This document shows positions 21,664-33,170 of a stretch of 64,000 nucleotides of DNA, piece after piece. How positions within the stretch are numbered: position 1 is the stretch's first letter; the number at the start of each line of letters is the position of its first letter. The position numbers were made by a program, and so were the translations under genes. This DNA comes from Antedon mediterranea. Taxonomy: Eukaryota; Animalia; Echinodermata. The stretch covers positions 2,186,422 through 2,250,421 of the forward strand of contig NC_092678.1 in assembly GCF_964355755.1 (NCBI RefSeq), in the 5' to 3' direction. The notes below the pieces were generated by a model, which saw nothing but the letters and a program-made list of their open reading frames with translations, ran no database searches and was not told the origin of the DNA.

Positions 21664-24600
21664 TTACCAAACATAACCGTAAGGAACTGTACGATAATTT
21701 TCGATAATAATTCTTTTATCGTACACGATTCGATAGTCTTTAGTCGATGTTTCGTTGACTATCTTACGTGTTTTTGGCTTGCGCGTTATGCGATTCTTCT
21801 CAACTGTCTTAATTGTATTAGGACCAATACCTCTTACCATATTGGAGACGGTGTCAAAGTTAATTTTCTGAGCGTTTGTAAAATTAAGGGTAAAACCTTT
21901 AACTTTACAAACGGTCTTCCCTGTATCCAATTTATAGGCGTAGTTCTTAGCCCCCCCAGAAACAAAGGACTCGATGTACTTACCGTCTTTAGGGTCGACC
22001 TCGGTCGTTAACTGACCCAAGTAGTCGCCCAGGGGAGGGTCCCAAACCCCGGGTTTTGACACGTAGATTACGCTGTCGGTATCGTAATACAGGACACGTT
22101 CCTGTAATTTCTCCAACAGCTCGTATAATTTTAAACGCGCTAGCGCAGTGGTAAATGCGGCAATGACAACGTTAACCTTTCGGTTAACTTCAACAAATTG
22201 TTCCTCGTCTTCGTATTTTATTTCAGCCAAATCATCATTAACAAAATTTAGATCATGAACGACTACCCGTGGGTTCGATAAAATATCGTAAACCTCGTTA
22301 GGATCTTGCGTATATTTAATTCTCGTGAGATTTTCACGCTGACCAAATTTACCCCAAAAACTATTTAGCATTAATTTGGCCAGAGATCGAAGCCCAGGAT
22401 TGTACGCAATGTCGTCATGATTCAAGTCGATACCTTCTACGGTTCGATAGTCCGAAATATATTTTTGTTTATCTTCGGGCGTTTTACACCATTCAGGCCA
22501 ACCCGAAGCTTCTTGTTTCAATTTTAAAAATGTGTTAATGTAAGAGGCAAATAGACCGGACGAGGGAGAATCTGCAGAGTACGTGCTTTTATTTTTAAAG
22601 TGCCATACTACGTGAACTTTACGTATTTCGTACCCAACCTCCACGGCTTTAGCGACCTCGATCGTTGCCCAAGAACCTGTAAATTCTCTATCTGTACCAG
22701 AATGATTGCAAGCGGTTTGTTGTTGAGAATCGACGCATGTTCTACAGAGAGCAAACATTAATTTACCGTTTGATCTATAAGGTAAGACTGGATAGAATAA
22801 ATTTTTAGGCGCTTCGATAGTACACTTTATCAAACCGAAATATTCGTTGATATCTGTGGACATGTCTTTGCGATCATCGATTTCAGGATGTCCTACGGGG
22901 TAGGTACCGTATTTATTTACATAAGGGTACAAGGAAGTATAATCGATGTAATTAATTTCTTCACCCGGTTTTACCTTATAGAACAAACAACTGGCATTAG
23001 TCCTCCCACCGAAAAACGCGTCTCTTGGATTCAAAGTTTTCCTAATGAAAGGAACTTTGGAGACGATAGATTTAATGTTAGGGGCCAGCGATTGCTTGAT
23101 CCGTTTCCATTCGTGTCCCCAAATTTCGACGTAATCAAAATCTGGAAATTGCTCCTTCAGAAACCGTGTTTTCTTGCTTGTCTTGACAAAGCATTCCAAC
23201 ATGGTTTCGTTAGTGAAGGGGTTAATGGAATCGGATCTATAACAGTCTTGGCACCCGTGGAACAAACAACCCATAAATTCAAAAATAATTTTGTTTTCTA
23301 AACATGCGCCGTCGACAAAGTAAGGCCCAAACATTTTTTCCCCTCCATTTCTCGCATGATGGATAAAGACCCCCCTTTTATGCGACTCGTAGCACAACCA
23401 TTCCATGCTAGAGTGAGAATGGTTAACGGTTGTTAGATACCCTGATGGAGGAAATAAAGCGATGGTGGATGGTTTTAAAAAATTTCTAGAAAAGACGTGA
23501 TTACACGCCGAGGCAATTGTCATTAAATTATTTGAAAAGGGGTCAACGCCTCCGAGTAGAGGGTTTTTCGGCGATGTAGTTACTTTCAAAAAAAGATGCC
23601 TAAAAGTAAGGCAACACTTTCTGAGAATATCCACATCGCTGATGCAATACTCGACGAGTTCTTTTTGGAGATTGAAAATTTGATTAGTTACAATTTTCTG
23701 ATTATACCATTTAAAGAATGAATCTCGGCCTGAAGTAGTCATTTTATCGGGGGAATAGGTGGAAGAATCGGGATAAGGACCTACGTAATTTTTATTTTCT
23801 AAAGTATTGAAATAATGAGGAAAGTAACCCTTTTTTAGCTCGGAGATGCCAAAAGTTTTGGGTAATTTGGATAGAGACATGGGTAGAAATGAAAGGGAAT
23901 CAATGAATCGGATACTCGTTTCTTTAACCTTAATTGAAATAGGTTTACCACCGCGTGCAATAATATCTGGTACAATAGAGTTTTTGTATAGGTACTCGAG
24001 CACGAAGTAACTATCGTAGCCCTGGAGGTTGTGAGCGATACACGTAATGTTATGATTATATTTGTATTCGTTAAAAATGTAATTGCAGAAATCTACGCAT
24101 GCAGTCTCCCCGTGAAAAGTCATTGATTTCTCCCCACACACGTCACACTCGGCAGAGTCATTAGCACCATCGATACAATTAAGACAAGTTTTTTGAAGAA
24201 CGCATAAATTTGGTTTGTGTTCGCCAGTTTCTTGCGTGCATTCAAAATCAAAAAAGAAATATTTAGTGACAGCCCTTTTTTGGTCCTCCTGATTCTTAAA
24301 CTTTTTTTCAGTATGTTTAGGGGCTACAACCGGTTCCATGTAGCATTGATGATCGTATGAAACGAAAGTCCGACAAATTCTACAAAAACGGTTTTGACAG
24401 TTGTGATCTTTTTGAATGATCCTATCACAAGTTGTACAATTTTTAATTTTGTCACATACTGAAACTTTTTTAGAATCAGGAGATTTTTTATGATTGGTGA
24501 AACATTGCTGGTTTTTAAAAAATCTATTGCACTCTTTACACTCTACAGTATTATTTACAGATACGTTAATAGAAGGGTCACATTCATGATGCTTACAGAG

Positions 24601-26188
24601 TACACACGTGTATTGACACTTGTGAGAATATTGGTGCTTATACCCTGTAAAACATCTATCACAAAAATAAACAACTTTTAAAAAACCTGTCATAGTCGTT
24701 ATAAGATCATAATGATTAGAATGATGGTAAAGATAAATCTGCTTCTTACAATAATCGCCGCTAAAAATTACAGAATTTAAATTGTCTTTAGAAAGGACAA
24801 TAATTTGATAATTTGGTAATTTGGATTGCATCTTTTTTAATTCCTCGATGCCGCAAGCTTGCTCCCTAACCCCCGAATCTCTAAGTAAATGAAGGGCGGC
24901 TGTCTTTTGTTGGCCTCCACCCAGTCTAACATTATTCCACCTAGTAACGTTATTAATTTTATCTTCGAGCATAGAAATACCCGTGACAATTGCGCGTGCG
25001 CAGCAGATAGTTTCGTTACCATCATTCTTAATCTTAATTATGCTTTTAGCATTAATCATTTTGTCGATACCGTTTCTTCTATAACCCCCACCCCTAGGCA
25101 TTCTCATATGGAGAACGTTAAACTTAAATTTGTTGTTAATTAAAATATCCGTTTTGGACTGAAGGACCTTCATGATGGCTGCAAAAATAACATCAGCTGT
25201 CAGATGGGCCCTCCGACCAAAAGGAATAGAGATGGGTGTATCCAACCCCTCAGCTTGAATAACTATCCGAAGCATATCGTCGACATGCACGTTAATGCAA
25301 AGATTATCGACGACATGTTCGAAAATTCTATATAGAGTGGGAAGGAACACCTCTAAACTTAAATGGTCTACATTAAAAAATTTAACCGTAAAATCGCTAA
25401 TCGTGGCGTTAAAACGCTGGTTAAACCTATCAGCTAAGCGGTTAATACTACAAAAATGACTCAAATCTACCTCGTCAAGGTTCAATTCATCGCTGTCATT
25501 ATCGTCAACTTCTTCTTCTTCGGCTATCCTTGGTCTTTTCCTGTTGGCTCCTTTCCCGTATTGTACCGGTACAGGCTGAAATAAAAAAGTAAAACGGTAA
25601 AGAAATAGAAATAAACGATGTAATACAGCATCAACAATAGCAAAGAAAATAAAATGATAGTTACCTCATCAATAACCGAAGACTCCTGAGAATCACTATC
25701 CTCGCCACATTCCCTCATTTTCAAACATTTGGTGTGTGCACCAATACCATACTAAAGAAAAAAAAAATTAAAAAATTAGAAAGGAAACGCGATGGTACTG
25801 TAAACGCAGAAGCACATTCGTTTACACAAGCTATTCTACGAGTTATATACGGTAATGAAAAAATTATTACGATAAAAATATATTAAACAAAAACACTTAC
25901 TTCTACGTGATCAATTATTAAACTTTCCGATAGATCTTTAACAACCTGTATGGCGTTATCACATATATCCCCTAGAGAAAGACTACCGGTTTCAGAAATA
26001 CTTTGACTGACCGGTAAATCAAAGTCCTGGTCTCCAAACACAAAATCCTCTAGTAAACCCACATCTGGGATATCATTGTCAGGCACATTATTAGCACGCG
26101 ACAGATTAACTATAGCGTCAACAGCTCTTTGACACTCGATAAATAAACTATCGTTAGAATCAGTTGAGGAAGAAGCGAATTGAGACAT
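21664..26188 (-). CDS. Protein-primed family B DNA polymerase; predicted exons 26188-25901, 25751-25665, 25575-21664 (~1428 aa)
   Basis: Exonuclease motifs FFDFEC, HNLQGYD, YCISDV. Polymerase motifs YIDYTSLYP, KLMLNSFWGKFG, YYDTDS. vOTU-like ICCARAI...HHSNHYD. Vsr-like VDG...FEFMGCLFHG. The long ORF is called from a TTG; two phase-0 GT-AG introns join it in frame to ATG 26188. Confidence 0.95.
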
Positions 26189-26234
26189 TGCAAAACTTTG
26201 AAGAAAAAAACGGTACCGAAACTTTGAAGAATTA

Positions 26235-26340
26235 GTAAATGAATGATGAACTAAACAAGTAACACACGGTTATTAAAACCTTCCCGCGACGATTACGATT
26301 GGTCAGACATTCTTTAGTAATTAAGAAGCCCCGCCCACAA
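26235..26340 (-). promoter_or_regulatory. Putative pPolB promoter
   Basis: On the minus strand: GGGCGGGG (GC box, ~26329-26337), CCAAT (~26298-26302) and Inr-like TCATT ~50 bp upstream of ATG 26188. Confidence 0.5.
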
Positions 26341-26589
26341 TAGTGACCAGTAGAGCTAGCCTTCAACCGTGAATACGGGGGTCGGTAAACGGATTAATTA
26401 ATAACAGTTGGGAGAATCGCTAAGGAATATTCAAGGTTTTGCAGTGGTCAAACAAAATATACACGATTGGAAATTAATTAACAATACCTATTCGAGTAAC
26501 ACTGAAACACTAAATTATAAACAAATTTAAAATAAAGCCGCCGTAAACTTTATTAAAATTCAAAAAATTAATCGACAAATTAAGGCCTA

Positions 26590-26790
26590 TTAAGATGCAG
26601 GGTAGGGCCAGCCCAGGACCAACTCCCAATTCTGGTCCTCCATCTCCACAGCCCTACCCCGCAGCAGGTACCATAACGTAGTATCTGCCCTTGTTGTGAG
26701 CAGTAGTTCTCTAATGTTTTTGTACGAATCGATTCTCTTCACCAGATTCTCCAGGGCTTCAACTGTAATTGAGATTTTTGCTGAATCCAT
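26590..26790 (-). CDS. Small Polinton protein (66 aa), probably preceded by two non-coding exons (~27185-27084 and 26975-26894)
   Basis: ATG directly follows a splice acceptor. Upstream GTAAGT donors at 27083 and 26893. TATAAAA at 27217-27211. AATAAA at 26554-26549. Confidence 0.55.
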   Translation of the reverse strand: MDSAKISITVEALENLVKRIDSYKNIRELLLTTRADTTLWYLLRGRAVEMEDQNWELVLGWPYPAS

Positions 26791-27698
26791 CTATACATCA
26801 ATACAATAACAATAATTAAAGAGGGTAACAATGATAATAAATAACAAAACAAACGAAAAAATACTAAGAATAAAAATATAAAAAGCAACTTACAGAAACG
26901 AATGAGCGATGAACAAAAAAAAAAGCAAAAGAAAGATCTTCAACTCCGAGCAAAAAAAAACGGTTAATCAGTGGACTAGAGTGAGAGAGAGAGAACTATT
27001 AAAATCTATAACAAGAGAGAACTCCTCAAAAACAACAAAATACTAAATAAAGTCTACACCATGATAACAACAACTGTACTTACATAACGTGGAAAAATCA
27101 GAAAATATTCTTTAAAGAGCAATGTACAAGGAACTACCGTAGCAGTGAATGGATGTACAGGCTGACAGATATCAATGAGTTTTGAGATGATAATTTGGAT
27201 GTAAAGAAGCTTTTATAGGTATTATAAAACAATCTTTCGATTGTTAAAAGAGGTTCCAAGTACGTAAAAACCCCCCCTAGCCTACACAGAAACCCTGAAA
27301 TATTTTGAACGGTAACATTGGTAGCCTAGTGTTCAAAGAACAACAAATTTATTGATAAAGGAATGTTAACATTCCCTCTTGAACTAGTCTTAAAAACGTG
27401 TATAGGCTACAAAATAAATAAAACAAACATACTCCTTGAACATGTCTTAAAAACAGGTAACAAAATAAATAATACAACGCATACCCTTAAATGTAGTAAT
27501 CTACAGTATCTACATTAAAACTATAACCTTGTACCAAACAAAAAGAACAATGAACAAAGAAATTAGAAAATACTATACAAAAGTAACCTTTGCAGTGGAC
27601 AAGTCGTCGAAATAATAACAATAGCACTCCTCAAACAAAGAATGACCTTTCATTAATTTTTGTAAAATACAAATTCTTTACTAATTACAAATATAACA

Positions 27699-27967
27699 CA
27701 GGCCAAAACGAAAACCCCGCCAAAATAACAAACCCCCCTTCTCTAACAAAGAATGACCTTTCGCTAATTAATATTACAATAACAGGAAATTAAACAATAG
27801 AAAATATATTATATACCCTAGGGATATGACATTCCTTTCCGGTCTGGTACAAAGAATGAACTTCCGCTAATTATTAATACAATACCTGGAAATTAAACAA
27901 TAGAAATATGAAATATGCCCTCGGGGTATGACATTCCATTCCCCTCTGAAGTACTCCATATACTACT
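27699..27967 (-). repeat. Polinton right TIR (diverged extension to ~27529)
   Basis: Reverse complement of 11663-11930. Ends ACTACT, followed by the TSD ATCGTT. Confidence 0.95.
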
Positions 27968-28565
27968 ATCGTTTATGACATGCTTTTGTGTATAAAATGT
28001 CCAATAATAATTGTAGGACTACTCTCAACCAAAACACTTTATATTAGAATGTATTTAATATACGTCACGTCTTAAAAAATTGGGAGAATTGGGTAATACA
28101 GTATGTCGTTTCTCGCGAATCACACTCCAACATTCTCACTTTCTTTTATTTAGTGAAATGTGAACGGTGGAAAAACGGAAAAATACTTTAAATTTAGAAT
28201 GCTTTGAATTCTGGAAGACGACTTCGAACTTAAAGAATCGTCATGAATGACGTTTATTGGCTCAAACTTCACACATCGGTACGATGTGAAGGCCAGACGG
28301 ATTCAGAGAGGATCAAACCGGCTCCTCCTCCCCATTGGCAGTGGGGGCATCGGCGGGTGAAAGGGAAAAATGATAAATGTTGATTCAGACGAATGCCAAC
28401 CAGCCCCTTTGATACGCTCTTGATAATTGTTGGAAAGTGAAAGTAGGGCTACTTGAGGTAGGGCCTAGTATCTTTCGTATAGGCCTACACGAAATGGATT
28501 ATCCTTAAATGATTGGTTCTTACACTAATTAAGATCATAATCGCGAATGATAGTTTAAAATATGC

Positions 28566-29311
28566 AATGCATTGTGATATCCACGCAAGTAATGCTGTTT
28601 AAAAAAAAGAATGTCTAAAAATAAAACCAGAAAAACTAGTAGATCATTACGCTTCAGCAGATATACAAATATACACTTAATCCATCATGATGGTATACTG
28701 GAGGTTGTAATGTGTTTAAATATATACAATTCTTTTTTTCCATGATAAAAATTGGAAATATATTTGTGAAAATATAATATTCTGCCTCTTGCAGAAGCAA
28801 TAACTAACAAACCGCATCGTGTTTCATATATTAATGCCTTGTATAACCATCCATACAAGTCCGATAAAAGTATGACGAGTGAGGGCGCACTTTATTTTAT
28901 GGAAGGCCATTTTGATTTGTACATTTTTAAACACATATCTGTAAATATTTGAGATTATACTTGGGTTTTCTTTATATGTTATGTATTTTATTATACAATT
29001 TATTGTAAACTATATTTAAATTATTGTATAAACTATTAATTTTGTAGGTTTTTAGCTTTGTTAATGCATTTTTCAACGGGCGCTAACGGCGTCTCGTAAT
29101 TTTAGTCACGCTTCGTCGAATTCGCTGTACACAATAATACGACATGAGGTAGTTATAAATTGGGTATAAAAGTCTAATTTTCTCGTAAAATCCCAAGTTT
29201 TGCAAGACGCAACATCAAGAAATGTTATTACCTATACACATAGAACCTACGGATGAAATTTTATTAGGGTACGTTCTTATACCATGGTGAGGGTGATTTT
29301 TGACTGGACTA
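28566..29311 (-). repeat. Right TIR of outer element
   Basis: Reverse complement of 10346-11092. Ends GACTGGACTA, followed by CTA. Confidence 0.92.
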
Positions 29312-30465
29312 CTAGTTAAAGCTCTGAAGAGTGCAGACCTGACTTGACCTGTTTTTCCTCAATTACATTCAACATTAGAATTAATATCAAACAATAGTTA
29401 CAATAATCAGAAAGCTCATTCACTCACTTTTGTTATGTTTGTGCCTTATACAAGTATTATATAACCATTTACTCATTAAATACTTACTTATTAACAATCA
29501 TAATCAATTGTTTAAAAAATTTATAATTATATAGATCAAAGTGGGGTTAGGCTATAGGCATATCTTGTAAATTTCTATGGAAATTGTCTCTAGAACATTT
29601 TCACACACAAAAAACTATGCTATGGTTATCATTTAAATTTGCATAACTATGGCTACGTATAATAAATCTGCATGACTTTGACCCGTTGGTAGATAAGTAT
29701 GAACTAATAACAATAACAATGGGGTTTTGTGTACAATCAATTCCCCGCAAGGTAGCCAAAAATAGAGTAGTCATTGAGGAAACTATTTGGAATTGGAAAT
29801 TCCCATATCTAAATATAATGTTAGCCATTTCATTTGCGCGAACACAAAGGCTTTTGTCGCACAAGGTGACATTTTGATAGACCTGTTGAGACTAATAAGG
29901 TAGACATTTAACACTCTTCCTTAGCTGTGGTATTGTGAAACATCCAGTAACGCCCGCCAACCTTTAAACCTGCGGTAAGTTAATAAAAACAAGTCTCTAC
30001 TACTAAAACGACTTAATTATTGTTACATTTGTACTTCCATATTAGAAAATAGAAACTACACATTTTGCCGCGAATGGGCTATATGCAGTCATTGTTGTGC
30101 ATTCACAAATCTTAGACTATAAATGGTACAATCATATTATTTAGAATAATTTATCCATGGTACAAAGGTCACGTTATGTTTTTTGTTGTTTTGTTTATCT
30201 CCTTTATTACTGTATGTTAATTTCATTGATATTTATTGCTTTTGCTATTCCAGTGTTATTCTTTGAAGTAAATGTATTTTGTTTCTTCCAATTTATTGGT
30301 AAATAAATAAAGAAATAAATAAAGAAATTTAATTGTTCTATGTCTAAATCATAGTGAAAAACAATTGTATCATTCAGTAACATGCACTTGACTAAATCTA
30401 GGTTCCACTCATTTCTGTATTTTATAATTTTGAAATATAGAATTGGTCATCACTTATTCAATACC

Positions 30466-31663
30466 ATGGGTAATCTTTGGAGTAGAGGAGGAGCATCTTC
30501 TAAAGATGCAAAAGTGAAATCTAGAGAAAACAAATTTTCAGAAGAACCAATATACAAACTTCCAGAAGAACCAGAACCGGCAATTCCACAAGAAGCACAA
30601 AATGAAGAATCGCAAGAAGGAACAGTGCAGTCTGAAATCGCCGTGACACCACCTCCACGTGATAGAAATACAGAACAAGACCAAAGTGCCAATGTAATTG
30701 AAGAAAATACATCTGATAATGAGACAAATTCAAGCTGTGGTGAAGGGAGTAAGTAAGAATGAGAAAATAAAACTATTATGATGAAAGACAATCCTCATTT
30801 CTAGAATAAACAAGTAAATGACAAACATTATAACAAACTATATTTCCCACAGCCAGTACAATTATTTTTCTCCAAAATTTTTTTTTTAAAGATATAGTAT
30901 AATAGTGGCTACCATTAGAAAAAAAGAATGTAATTCTTTAGTAAATCTGTCTTGTTAATATAACACAGGAAAACAACCCACATAAACAACTATGGAAACG
31001 ACTAGTTCTCGATAATAAATATTTTTGATTCTATATTGTGTTTTTTTATTAAATTGTTCTTACTTTTAACGGATTTGTTTGTTTAAGTGTGTTTTTTAAA
31101 AATTTACAATTATGTTTTCAGAGAATACAAAGAACTTGAATAAACAAACTGAAGCCGGGTGTGTGGAAAGCACTGCTCAGTGCCCGTCTGGATCAAGTAC
31201 AGGTAAAGCAGGTAGGCCTACCGGTATCACTTTGTAAAAGTATAGTTAGGCCTACGTGTGTTGTTTCTTTTACTGATGTCTGCAGTGAAAGATACAGTTA
31301 CATAATCATACTCTTTTAATAGGAACGGCAACAGATTTTCTAATGCGTAGTCTCGATGAAAAATTGGGAGACATGCCAGAGAGTGTACTCTCGAAGATGA
31401 CTATGACGTTGGATATGACAGATCCTGGTGGGAAGAACTGGCAGGTAATAGGGGATCATTTCAACGTGGAAAAAATGTGTATACGTCGATGGGAGGACAA
31501 GAGTGAGACAAGTGCCGTATTGTTTAGTCCCTCAAAAGCCATGATAAGGCATTTAGCCATTACTGAAAATCGTGACCTGACGGTTGGTGAATGGCTCGAG
31601 GCTTGCATAGTCTGTGGACGGTTTGATGTTGTTAGAGTAATTAACAAATATTATGTTAAATAG
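30466..31663 (+). CDS. Death-domain protein with predicted N-myristoylation; exons 30466-30748, 31122-31202 (or -31211), 31323-31663; ~234 aa
   Basis: accATGG start MGNLWS (MGxxxS). Two phase-1 GT-AG introns keep the frame. Last exon LDMTDPGGKNWQVIGDHFN...SPSKAMIRHL...LTVGEWLEACIVCGRFDVV fits a death domain. Confidence 0.8.
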
Positions 31664-32972
31664 ATACATTGTCTTCATTCAAAGTTAATTAAAAATCTTG
31701 ACGCAAAAATAATTTGTATATATATTACTATATACTATATTTAAAAGCTCAAGAAAATTTATAAGCCTACATATATATATATCTAGATGTCCTTGAATAC
31801 TGCTCTAATTATTGTATAGTGCTTTGGTCTTTTTTGTTTTAGAAATTTTAAAAATACTTCTCTTAACCTACAAAGCTCTCTCATACACTGCGCCTTTGAT
31901 CACTTACTGCTGGAATTGGTGCATTACAAATTTGTATTATTATTATTAAATCCATATAATATAGTATATAGTATCCAAAACATTTTTTACTAAAATACGT
32001 TATTGACATTACTGTCACATGTGTTCTGTAATATGCTAATTATGTTTGTTCTGTTAATGCTAATTATGCAAAGTTCTAACTATGCTACGCTCGGTGAATT
32101 AATAAAGCAGTTGAATTACAAGAACCGTGTTGAAGAGTCATACTTTTAATAATTACATACTATCTTCTGCTATAGACTTTCATTAAACATTAACAATAAT
32201 TTTTATAATAAATGTTACTAAGAAACAATTTTTGATTATTTTTCTTTAATCAGGTGAATGAATGTAATATATAGTTTTGTAGATGAATAAAGATTTTATA
32301 ATTACCATGTTTTTAATTTGTCTTGTTCATGTCACTATTTAACAATTTTATTAAAGCTATAAAATGAAGGCGGAGTACCAGAGCACTACACCACAATAAT
32401 TACCCATCATTTATTATTTAATTATATAAAAAATACATAACATAATCAACAATATTCTGTATGTTGGTCACCTTTATTATCAATAACAATAATAAACTGA
32501 ACATGCGCAATGACACAACCAGTTTGTATGACAAATAACGTGATAATGACCTTTAACCTTATTCCTACTTTTTTTAAGACTAAAATTGTCTTTATTATTT
32601 TGATGATTGCACTTTTTCGTGTGGGTTAACAAAATCAAAAATATCAGTTTATTTTAGCTAAAATAAAATCAAACTTTAACCAATAACTGTACTGGAAATA
32701 TGAATAACTTTACAAATAATAAAACATTTTATTTTTTTATATTTCTTAGTTACATGGAAAAGCCTCAATTTTTGAGCGCCATTGATTAGATTGTTTAATT
32801 TCACGAAAATATAATGCATGATTGAGAGTACATATCATTAGGGTACCAATATAAATGTGTCATAATAATTATAATAATGAACTTAATTTACAATAATCAA
32901 CACTAAAAACTGATGACAATAAACAAAAATATTATATATAGTGATTGTTTATGAATGTATAAAGTCAACTAA

Positions 32973-33170
32973 GACTACGTTCACACTGTGCCCAGATTAA
33001 TTCTGGCGGCTGGAGAAAACTCTGGGCTATGTTACGTTTTTTGATCACACACATATGTATTATGGTATCCGGTATGTGTTTAGTGTATATGATTTATTCA
33101 AGCTACCCATTTTTTATGATTTTTTTCTGCAGTCTCCAGATCGGAATCCAGCCTCAGTGTGAACGTAGAT
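32973..33170. mobile_element. Short MITE (Harbinger-like)
   Basis: TIR CTACGTTCACACTG / CAGTGTGAACGTAG, with TAA next to both ends. Confidence 0.55.

Larger units (their letters stand above)
11663..27967. mobile_element. Polinton/Maverick (adintovirus-like endogenous virus), group with vOTU and Vsr-containing pPolB; 16,305 bp
   Basis: Termini AGTAGT...ACTACT. TSD ATCGTT at 11657-11662 and 27968-27973. Full core gene set: INT, minor capsid, major capsid, protease, ATPase, pPolB. Confidence 0.97.
10346..29311. mobile_element. Non-coding fold-back DNA transposon (Academ-like; ~2.65 kb without the Polinton) carrying the nested Polinton
   Basis: Starts TAGTCCAGTCAAAAATCACCCTCACCATGG and ends with its reverse complement. 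CTA lies directly on both sides (10343-10345, 29312-29314). TAG termini, long TIRs and a 3-bp TSD fit Academ; the superfamily call is inference. Confidence 0.8.

Noticed and set aside
12978-25143. Antisense or nested ORFs within Polinton genes (e.g. 14748-15014, 16912-17265, 20438-20746, 22888-23301)
   Set aside because: Shadow frames of real genes with no recognisable motifs.
10346-29313. Treating the outer ~750-bp inverted repeats as the Polinton's own TIRs (the right end happens to read ...ACTACT)
   Set aside because: The left end lacks AGTAGT and there is no 6-bp TSD there. A 3-bp CTA duplication explains the ACTACT, and the inner ends have canonical termini with a perfect 6-bp TSD.
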